Shown in pieces: positions 56,676-64,000 of a DNA stretch of 64,000 nucleotides. Source of the stretch: an uncultured virus (IMG/VR IMGVR_UViG_3300006920_000039) (taxonomy: Duplodnaviria > Heunggongvirae > Uroviricota > Caudoviricetes > Schitoviridae). Each line of letters opens with the position of its first letter. Within the stretch, counting starts at the first letter, position 1. A model generated the notes under the pieces. The model searched no databases, was not told where the DNA came from, and was given only the letters and a program-made list of their open reading frames with translations. The translations under genes and the position numbers were made by a program. The stretch is taken from IMG/VR virus record IMGVR_UViG_3300006920_000039. One strand, given 5' to 3'.

Positions 56676-58277
56676 ATGGCCAAAATTGATACTAAAGCCG
56701 CCCTCGTTTTGGGCACGAACTATGAGTTTCACCTTGTCGATTTCCAGGGCACGGATATCCAAATCGACGCGACGGGCGCAACGATAATCTCAAGCAGCAC
56801 AGACTTCACTGCTGCATCCGCTGCTGGCGGACTAAACAAACGCGCCATTGTCATTGGCGATGTTCTGAAGTTCTCGAACACGCTGAACGCTGCCAACGAA
56901 GGCTTCACCGTCACGGTCGACACTGTTGCTGCCAACCTCATCGAGTACACGCTCGCCAGTGGCACGCCTTCAAATGAAGCTGCAGGAAACGACATCAACG
57001 TCACTGCATTCAAGAAGACCTTCCAGTTCCTTGAAGCCGGTGGCCTTTCGTTTGTTGACGGCGTTGCTGCGATCACATGGGCTTCCGAAGTGGTTGACCA
57101 GTGGGACAGCGGCGATCTTGATATCTACGACAAGATGTTCACCTCGATCGAACCTCGTGCGAAATCGCTTGCAGCCCTGAACGGCTGGGAACCACATGAC
57201 AATGATACGCTCTTGTCCTTGCGTGACATGGCGATGGAAGTCCGGGACAACGCGACAAGCGCTGCTCGCCGGGTCTATTACTGCGGTCGCTCAGGCGCTT
57301 TGGACGAAGCAACCGACCAGTTTGCATTCTGGCCAGACACGGACGCTGCGCTGGATGCACCGGCTCTTGCTGTGACGACAGGCTATATCAACCAGTTGAT
57401 TTTGCTCGTGGACACCGACAACGCAATCGACAACCGTGGTAACTGGACGTTCCGTTGCCTGGAGCCAGGTAAGACACACCTGCAGGAAACGATCGACATT
57501 CAGGAAGCGGAAATTATCCCTGTTGCGTCGAACAACTCACTCGATCCAAAACTCGCTGACGGTGCTGGCACATTGCTGGTAGCTGATGGGGTCGTTAGCG
57601 CTGGTGGCATCTATGCCAACATCCTGCTGAACGTTGACGTTGACAGTCTTTATGATGGCGACGTGGACAGTGTCCTTTATAGCTTTACAGGTTTCGTCGA
57701 TGCCGACAGCCAGACCAACGAGAACGCGCATTTCAAAATTCACTATCTCTTGCGTCAAGCAATCAACATCAACGCCGACGGAACAGGTCCGGTACTTCGG
57801 GGCGACAAGCAGCCTCCGATCACATCGTTCTTGGGCGAAGTCTTCTTCCTTCAAGACTTCTATCTGTTGAACTACAACTCGGCACAGCGAAACGAACTTC
57901 GCCTTGTTGACTTGATCCCAGTAACCCGTGCATGGCCTTCGATCTTTACGCTGGTCGTCACTGCACCGGCTATTGCTCAAGGTGGTACGTTCTCGATCAT
58001 CCACGAAGACACGTTTGGTGCCTCGGCTCCGACATACCTTCAGGATGAAACACCGACTAATCAGCAGGACATCGCCACCTCTTCGTCCGTGTCGATCATC
58101 ATCGCCTACTCGACCTACAACGTGGACAGCCACCCATCGAACACGCCAATCCCTCTGCGCCTCACATTTAACCGTCCCGGTTTCATTGAGCCAGACAGCG
58201 TGTCCTTCACGATGGCTGCTGCCAACCAAACGGTCAACATTGCGCCCACAGCCGATCCTTCCTACGTGGCCGTATAA
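56676..58277 (+). CDS. Putative virion structural protein
   Basis: 533 aa, acidic beta-rich; ends DPSY like the NPSY end of the previous gene. Confidence 0.6.
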   Translation: MAKIDTKAALVLGTNYEFHLVDFQGTDIQIDATGATIISSSTDFTAASAAGGLNKRAIVIGDVLKFSNTLNAANEGFTVTVDTVAANLIEYTLASGTPSNEAAGNDINVTAFKKTFQFLEAGGLSFVDGVAAITWASEVVDQWDSGDLDIYDKMFTSIEPRAKSLAALNGWEPHDNDTLLSLRDMAMEVRDNATSAARRVYYCGRSGALDEATDQFAFWPDTDAALDAPALAVTTGYINQLILLVDTDNAIDNRGNWTFRCLEPGKTHLQETIDIQEAEIIPVASNNSLDPKLADGAGTLLVADGVVSAGGIYANILLNVDVDSLYDGDVDSVLYSFTGFVDADSQTNENAHFKIHYLLRQAININADGTGPVLRGDKQPPITSFLGEVFFLQDFYLLNYNSAQRNELRLVDLIPVTRAWPSIFTLVVTAPAIAQGGTFSIIHEDTFGASAPTYLQDETPTNQQDIATSSSVSIIIAYSTYNVDSHPSNTPIPLRLTFNRPGFIEPDSVSFTMAAANQTVNIAPTADPSYVAV

Positions 58278-58292
58278 TAGAAAGTCAGGCAC

Positions 58293-58835
58293 ATGGCCTC
58301 TCTTGAGTTCGATGAAGACTTGCGCCGGATTTACGAAGTCCCGACCGATCCACAAAATACCGTGGATGGGTCGGGGTATAAAATCTATACCTCCCTGGGG
58401 CTCAACGAACTGAACGTGCGCTTCACAGCCACGTTTTGTTGGAGCCGCTGGGTGGATTTCCACAACACGAATAAATGGTCGACGGAGGCTTTCTCCAAGT
58501 CTGGCGGGGCACTCCGGGGGCAGAACGATCTTGGTGATGATATCTTTGCTACGTTCGATCTGCGTCTGACCAATGACTGGCTGTTTGTCCCTGCAAATTA
58601 CCCCCACAACCTATTTTTGGATGGCAACATCTTCCCGAACCTCTTGAGTGGAGAGGATGCTGACTACAACAGGATGAGTGCAGCAGGTGTCTCATTCAGA
58701 ATCAACTCTTCCGACAGCCTACAGGTGGTCCGTCAGGCGTCTGTAGCAGGACCTCTGACCACCATCCAAGAAGAGGCGCTCTATGGCGCCAGAGATCATG
58801 CACGGGCTGCAAATTCGCAGACCCAACCCACTTAG
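58293..58835 (+). CDS. Putative structural protein
   Basis: 180-aa ORF in the same operon. Confidence 0.55.
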   Translation: MASLEFDEDLRRIYEVPTDPQNTVDGSGYKIYTSLGLNELNVRFTATFCWSRWVDFHNTNKWSTEAFSKSGGALRGQNDLGDDIFATFDLRLTNDWLFVPANYPHNLFLDGNIFPNLLSGEDADYNRMSAAGVSFRINSSDSLQVVRQASVAGPLTTIQEEALYGARDHARAANSQTQPT

Positions 58836-58880
58836 GTTCTCAAATATTGCTGAAATGAATGACTGAGAGAGGCCCCTAAT

Positions 58881-59432
58881 ATGGCACCAATTGACAGCCC
58901 AATGACCGGATACCCTATGTTAAAGGGGCTGGCTCGCAGGGGGATTATAGGAGCTGCTCCTTCTGGCCCTTCGGGTGGATGGGCTACTAGCAGGTACTTC
59001 CGTCTCGACAACTTCTCCTTCGGAGGCGGCGCCCCTGAAATCATGGACATCGCCTTTCAGGATGGAAATGGAGTGGATATACCGGTTTCCTCTATTAATA
59101 CCGCCGCTGGTAACCGAACTGCCGCACTCACAGAAAGCGGTAACTTCACGGCTATCGGGTCGGACAACTTCATGAACTTCACCTACTCCTCCGACAGGAC
59201 ACCCGGTCGTCTTCGCATCAAGTATCGGGAGCATGACATAGACTTCATCGACACCTTGAACATACACGTCTCAGCCGACTCTGGTTTCGCCTCTCTCACG
59301 CAGATCGGTAGCGTTGACTCGACAAACGTGATGCACCCCGGTGCTCTTACCGACCAGCAACAAGTGTACTGGGACCTCGGTGTTCCTGTCGGGATTGCTA
59401 TGCAACCCACCACTTATGTCATCACAGTTTGA
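58881..59432 (+). CDS. Hypothetical protein, possible carbohydrate-binding fold
   Basis: RYFRL motif after a Gly/Pro linker; start uncertain. Confidence 0.5.
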   Translation: MAPIDSPMTGYPMLKGLARRGIIGAAPSGPSGGWATSRYFRLDNFSFGGGAPEIMDIAFQDGNGVDIPVSSINTAAGNRTAALTESGNFTAIGSDNFMNFTYSSDRTPGRLRIKYREHDIDFIDTLNIHVSADSGFASLTQIGSVDSTNVMHPGALTDQQQVYWDLGVPVGIAMQPTTYVITV

Positions 59433-59444
59433 GGGTAAAATAAA

Positions 59445-60443
59445 ATGACTGTCGCATTCTGCACAAATGACCACAAAGACTGTAACGGCGCTCTTCGGGG
59501 GACGACCGGCGGTAAGTATGACCCAGCCTACGTCAGCGATTATCTTTACATTACGACTCAGACCGCGGGCTCTAGTACAGGATTACTCTTTACTCACGAA
59601 GTAGATGTGAGTTCTGCTGCTGAAGTCTGGCTCCACTTTGATGCTTACCTGCCCAACTCCAATAACGGTGTTGCAGATGGTGAGTGGTTTAGGTGGGTAG
59701 CACCCGATGGCACTCTCATGGCTTACGGTGACTACACGAACGGTACTCTTGTCATCCGAGTCTACAACGCAGCCGGTGGATTCTCTAACGCTGCCGCTTT
59801 TACTTTGAATGTAGATACACTGGATACTTACGATTTCCAGTACGAGGACGATGGAGCTAACTGCTACCTGCGGATGTACGAAAACGATACCCTGCAACGC
59901 ACGGCAACAGTCGCTGCATCCGGTGCTGCAAAGATGCCTACCGCATTTTACATGGGGCACAATGATATGTTTGTGGCCTCTAACCAAGCTGCTTACAGCC
60001 AGATCATCCATGCGTACGATGAGTCCACCGTCGGGATGAAGCTAGAGAAGTTAGAAGGATCAGCCGCTGGCACCCACCAAGATATCTCGGAAACTGTCGG
60101 TGAGATTAACGATGGGGATAGAACTACGGGATGGGCCAGTGCTGCAAACGGTGAGAAGCAATCGTACACACTCCCTGCGTACGCCGTGCCTGGTGGTAGA
60201 GCGATACACTCCGTGAATGCCTCAGCGCGTCTGAGGACGGGTGCTGCGGGAACAGACCCACTTAACGTACGACAGTTCATTCGATCTGGGAGCACTGACT
60301 ACAACGCCATCGCAGATCGGACACCCGCCAGACACCAGTACGGTCGCGTGACCGACTCGTGGATTACTGACCCAGACACGGCAGTTACGTGGACAGCTGC
60401 GGGAGTATCTGCCGCGGAAGTCGGTTTCGAAGTCAAGACGTAA
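59445..60443 (+). CDS. Putative virion protein with lectin-like beta domains
   Basis: 332 aa; C-terminal DPDTAVTWTAAGVSAAEVG. Confidence 0.55.
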   Translation: MTVAFCTNDHKDCNGALRGTTGGKYDPAYVSDYLYITTQTAGSSTGLLFTHEVDVSSAAEVWLHFDAYLPNSNNGVADGEWFRWVAPDGTLMAYGDYTNGTLVIRVYNAAGGFSNAAAFTLNVDTLDTYDFQYEDDGANCYLRMYENDTLQRTATVAASGAAKMPTAFYMGHNDMFVASNQAAYSQIIHAYDESTVGMKLEKLEGSAAGTHQDISETVGEINDGDRTTGWASAANGEKQSYTLPAYAVPGGRAIHSVNASARLRTGAAGTDPLNVRQFIRSGSTDYNAIADRTPARHQYGRVTDSWITDPDTAVTWTAAGVSAAEVGFEVKT

Positions 60444-60453
60444 GGGGTTATGG

Positions 60454-60611
60454 TCGAGCGGGCACTTCCAGAGCCCCGCAGTCTGGTCAGTCGACGCGCC
60501 TAAGGTGAAAGGAGCCCTTCGGACATCGTAGCCACGCTCGAGAAGTCCATCATGAAACTAGGGGCACTAGCCTGCTCCACGGCCCAGGGGGAGAGGGGCG
60601 CATGATGGACT
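60454..60611. ncRNA. Candidate structured non-coding RNA
   Basis: GC-rich intergenic segment with two long-range stems (60454-63/60531-41 and 60544-54/60601-11). Confidence 0.35.
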
Positions 60612-60753
60612 ACTAGAACAAAGATTATCTAGATCTTATGTTTGTTCTCCGGAAATAAACAGTTAGTGTCAATCGGTTTTTCTTGTATCTTATCAAGAAG
60701 ATTAATAAACGGGATCTATTACAAAGATCAGTTGATATGATCTGGAGTATCCC

Positions 60754-61443
60754 GTGCTAACATCTGCCGAAATTACAGCAGCCCTTCCGCCACACCTGAA
60801 GACATCTGTCTCCCAGGAATTGGTCACTATGGTTAATTCCATCTCGTCGGACCCAGAACAGGCTCGTGTGATTAGGGAAAACTTCATCGGGTATTCCTCA
60901 TGCCTGTTGAAGGGACGCTTCAAGAGTGAGGATTACGTCCATGCAGTAGCCTACGTGAGCTACAAGCTGATGGGCTACAACAACCAGGAATCCTATGCGC
61001 GAACCTTCCCGGCACGATACCGGGGACTGGTCGCCAAGGGCACATCCTCAAAAGACATCTCTTCGTATGTCCACGCCTATAACAAGAACAAACTCGTCAA
61101 TCTAATCCTCGAGCAGTCGGTCATCCCTTCCTGGGTTCTCAATCAGGACGTCTACCAGAAAGCGATCAACACCCAGCTGGAGCTGATGGTTACCGCCAAG
61201 AGCGAGAAGGTCCGCAGCGATGCTGCAAACTCAATTCTGACCCATCTCAAAAAGCCTGAAAAGGCTGAGATCGAGTTGAACATCGGGGTCCAAGAGACCT
61301 CAGGAATGAAAGAGCTGAAAGACGCTCTGACTTCTATGGCTGAGAAGCAGCGAGAACTCATCACATCAGGCGCAACCACCCGCGAAGTTGCACATCAACC
61401 TCTTATCGAGGGCACCGCGAAAGACATTACGCCAGACAAGTAG
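60754..61443 (+). CDS. N4 gp69-like protein (putative small terminase)
   Basis: ALPPHLK, YVHAVAYVSYKLMG, AYNKNKLVNLI, SEKVRSDAANSILTHLK. Confidence 0.85.
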   Translation: MLTSAEITAALPPHLKTSVSQELVTMVNSISSDPEQARVIRENFIGYSSCLLKGRFKSEDYVHAVAYVSYKLMGYNNQESYARTFPARYRGLVAKGTSSKDISSYVHAYNKNKLVNLILEQSVIPSWVLNQDVYQKAINTQLELMVTAKSEKVRSDAANSILTHLKKPEKAEIELNIGVQETSGMKELKDALTSMAEKQRELITSGATTREVAHQPLIEGTAKDITPDK

Positions 61444-61453
61444 GTACGCCCAT

Positions 61454-62608
61454 ATGATCCCCAAGACAGATAAAGAACGCATATTTTCTGAGCAAGACCA
61501 GGCCCTTGTTCTGAGAAACACCGGAATGAGCATGGATCAGATAGGCGAAAAACTAGGCTTATCAAAAGATGCAGTGTTCCGTCGGCTCAAAGGGGCAGAA
61601 AAGCGGGCAAGGCTCGATCCAATATTAGCAAATAGGCTGGCAGATCAGGGCCTGACGGATCTCGCAGGTCTGCACTCTGGTTGGCTGATCGACAAGGATG
61701 ACGCCGGCGCCGGGTCTAGCCTGTATTTCTACATGGGCCCGGACGAAGAAAAGATCAGCTTTGCAGACGCAATGAGGGATATCCTGAGCGATATTCCAAA
61801 GCTGAAACCGATTGAGCAGCTACGCCTGGAAACACCCCCGGCAAACATCAAAGACGTTGCCACCTGGGTTGCACTGGCGGATCTCCATGTCGGTGGTGAT
61901 TATGGGGACACACTCCTCGAAGACGACTTCATCAAAGCGATCGACGACATTGTGGTGCGCTTGCCTCCTGCAAGCCATGCTGTGTTCCTGGAGCTGGGTG
62001 ATGTCCTCGAGGCGAATGACCACAAAGGGATAACACCCAATTCCGGCAACCTCTTGGAGGTGAAGCGAGAGAACCACCTCCAGAACACCATGACAGCCGT
62101 CAGCCTTATTCGTAGGGCCCTGTACCGGTTGCTTGAGACACACGACACCGTCGAAGCACACTTCATCAAAGGCAACCATGATCCCTCAGCCTATGTGGCT
62201 GTGATGCTCGCTCTGGCTGAGCATTTCGGAGATAATCCGAGAATAGAGATCACCATCAACGATGCAGAATTCAGGGTTATTTCCTGGGGCCTCTGTGCGG
62301 CGTTTCCACATCACGGAGACACCCTCAAATGGGCAGCGCTTAAAGACGTATTCGCAGATCAGTTCGCCGACCAATGGGCCGAGGCAAAGATGCACCGCCT
62401 GATTATGACAGCGCACTTCCACCATGACCGCAAACAAGATCTTGTTGGCGCAGTCGCAGAGCAATTCCGGACGATCCACCGGCCAAATGGTTGGGCGAAA
62501 TCCAAAGGACTGCTCTCACGAGGCACACTCACCGCAATGACGGTTCACAAAACCCAAGGTGAGACCGGCCGAACCACATCAAACATCACACCCCACTTCG
62601 GTGGATAA
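61454..62608 (+). CDS. HTH plus calcineurin-like metallophosphoesterase
   Basis: N-terminal HTH (MDQIGEKLGLSKDAV); DLHVG, LGD, GNHD, HGD, HFHH metal motifs. Confidence 0.8.
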   Translation: MIPKTDKERIFSEQDQALVLRNTGMSMDQIGEKLGLSKDAVFRRLKGAEKRARLDPILANRLADQGLTDLAGLHSGWLIDKDDAGAGSSLYFYMGPDEEKISFADAMRDILSDIPKLKPIEQLRLETPPANIKDVATWVALADLHVGGDYGDTLLEDDFIKAIDDIVVRLPPASHAVFLELGDVLEANDHKGITPNSGNLLEVKRENHLQNTMTAVSLIRRALYRLLETHDTVEAHFIKGNHDPSAYVAVMLALAEHFGDNPRIEITINDAEFRVISWGLCAAFPHHGDTLKWAALKDVFADQFADQWAEAKMHRLIMTAHFHHDRKQDLVGAVAEQFRTIHRPNGWAKSKGLLSRGTLTAMTVHKTQGETGRTTSNITPHFGG

Positions 62609-62622
62609 AAGGAGCACCCGCA

Positions 62623-63111
62623 GTGCTTAAACCTATTCTAGAAGCATGGTCCTCAATGATCGTCCGTCGTTGGCACGCGCACGATGTCATGAGCAACACC
62701 ACTGATCTGACTGGAGCACACGCCTCACGGGTCTGTGTTCTGGCTCTACGGCTAAATCCAAAGCTGTCACGACGGGGGATAATCTACGCACTCACCCACG
62801 ACATCGGTGAGAAGAGAGCAGGGGATTTCCCCTACACATTCAAGCGGGACAACCCAGAAACAGCTGCCAAGTTGGGTGTCTATGAAGAGCAAGTCGCAGC
62901 TGAACTAGGGTTTGGCTGGGGCGATCTGGATCCGACAGAGAAGCAGCTGGTGGGCATGTGTGACTGGATCGATTCCTACCTATGGGCGGCGCTCCACTAC
63001 CCCCACATCGTGAACGAGGAGGCTTGGATAAACCAACGGGCAGTCTGCCAACTCACAGCGTCAAAGCTGGGTTTGCGTGATGAAATCAAGACCCTGATGA
63101 GGCGCCCATGA
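62623..63111 (+). CDS. HD-domain (YfbR-like) deoxynucleotide phosphohydrolase
   Basis: VRRWH, GAHASRV, LTHDIGE...GDFP, CDWID. Confidence 0.8.
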   Translation: MLKPILEAWSSMIVRRWHAHDVMSNTTDLTGAHASRVCVLALRLNPKLSRRGIIYALTHDIGEKRAGDFPYTFKRDNPETAAKLGVYEEQVAAELGFGWGDLDPTEKQLVGMCDWIDSYLWAALHYPHIVNEEAWINQRAVCQLTASKLGLRDEIKTLMRRP

Positions 63112-63473
63112 AAGACCTTCCAGACATGAACGTTGAAGGCGCCAAGCTGGATAACGGCAAGGTCCGGATGGATCTACTCCCACCTGAACTCCTGTTCGCC
63201 GTGAGCGAGATCCTGACATTCGGAGCCGAAAAATACAGCGACCGGAACTGGGAACTCGGCATGAAGTGGGGCCGGGTATTCGGCGCCATGATGCGACACA
63301 TGTGGGCTTGGTGGGGAGGCAAGAACCCTACAACCCGCAGCTTCCTATTCGGGTCTTATGACAACGAAACCGAATGCTCGCACCTGTGGCACGCTGGCTG
63401 CTGCCTCGCATTTCTCATTGCTTACGAAGAGCGCGGTGTCGGTGAAGACGACCGCATGAAAGGCCCACAATGA
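63108..63473 (+). CDS. dATP/dGTP diphosphohydrolase-like protein (DUF5664)
   Basis: GAKLDNGKVRMDLLP, FGAEKYSDRNW, AMMRH, HLWHAGCCLAFL. Confidence 0.85.
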   Translation: MKDLPDMNVEGAKLDNGKVRMDLLPPELLFAVSEILTFGAEKYSDRNWELGMKWGRVFGAMMRHMWAWWGGKNPTTRSFLFGSYDNETECSHLWHAGCCLAFLIAYEERGVGEDDRMKGPQ

Positions 63474-63823
63474 TGATCCCGACAAGTCAGATCGCAGAAG
63501 TCGCCCATGAAGTTAATCGGGCCTTCTGTGTAACGATTGGCGACATGAGCCAGCCAGCTTGGGCAGATGCTCCAGAGTGGCAAAAGGTCAGCGCCATTTT
63601 GGGTGTTGAGGCGATTATCAACAAGCCGGAAATGACGCCAAAAGATAGCCATCTGAGCTGGCTTGCCCACAAACTGAAAGAGGGTTGGCGCATGGGTAAA
63701 TCCAAAGACCCATACAAAAAGGAGCACCCTTGTATGGTCCCATACGAGATGCTGCCGGACGACCAGAAGCACAAAGATCTGCTTTATACACGGGTCGTCA
63801 ACACCATGTTGGCAATGCAGTAA
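63470..63823 (+). CDS. RyR-domain-like phage protein
   Basis: IAEVAHEVNRA, HLSWLAHKLKEGW, KEHPCMVPYEMLP...KD. Confidence 0.75.
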   Translation: MMIPTSQIAEVAHEVNRAFCVTIGDMSQPAWADAPEWQKVSAILGVEAIINKPEMTPKDSHLSWLAHKLKEGWRMGKSKDPYKKEHPCMVPYEMLPDDQKHKDLLYTRVVNTMLAMQ

Positions 63824-64000
63824 TGCCACCCCTCCCCAAGAGAGAAGTCGATGAGTGGCTAGATCTCGTAAACTATGACGAATTGAACTCTGGGCATTAT
63901 CTCCCAGGAACGTTCGCCCTAAAGTTCATGAACTTCATCAAGCTCGTGAACGGCGGGGAGGGGGAGCAAAACCTAACTCCAGTTGTGCATCTCGCAATGC
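63823..64000 (+). CDS. Terminase large subunit (N4 gp68-like), 5' part, runs off the window
   Basis: Translates MPPLPKREVDEWLDLVNY...FALKFMNFIKLVNGGEGEQNLTPVVHLAM, matching the N4 terminase N-terminus. Confidence 0.85.
   Translation, partial: MPPLPKREVDEWLDLVNYDELNSGHYLPGTFALKFMNFIKLVNGGEGEQNLTPVVHLAM

Noticed and set aside
57537..58607. 356-aa minus-strand ORF
   Set aside because: Antisense to the plus-strand structural operon; no motifs
61454..63473. Firm call of a 2-aminoadenine (dZ) DNA system
   Set aside because: No PurZ-like ORF in the window; HD and DUF5664 genes alone are insufficient
1..64000. Integrated prophage with flanking host DNA
   Set aside because: No host housekeeping genes in the window, and attP is intact with phage genes on both sides

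Overview
The window is about 64 kb of an N4-like (Schitoviridae-type) podophage genome, apparently circularly permuted. The host is probably an alphaproteobacterium (Rhodobacteraceae-like), inferred from the attP tRNA sequence and an HvrA/H-NS-like gene. The + strand carries late genes: lysis cassette, portal, capsid, ejection proteins and a 3761-aa virion RNA polymerase (411-25228), then a block of putative structural genes, a gp69-like gene, a nucleotide-metabolism cluster and the start of the large terminase (53757-64000). The - strand carries early and middle genes: gp2-like activator, two-subunit RNAP II, MoxR/vWA pair, ThyX, helicase, DNA polymerase, exonuclease, primase, AAA ATPase, SSB and resolvase. 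The most notable feature is an apparently complete lysogeny module in a normally lytic phage group: excisionase, tyrosine integrase and an intact attP made of the 3' 48 nt of a tRNA-Arg(CCG), flanked by paired GGGACCCG arm-type repeats. Next to it lie MazG-like, H-NS-like (DNA-binding motif altered to KGD) and TraR/DksA-like genes. Also seen: four N4-type vRNAP hairpin promoters, a recurring TATC-N4/5-GATA intergenic motif, a repeat-rich non-coding region and a candidate structured ncRNA. All product calls come from motif recognition and synteny with N4 as recalled; no database searches were run.
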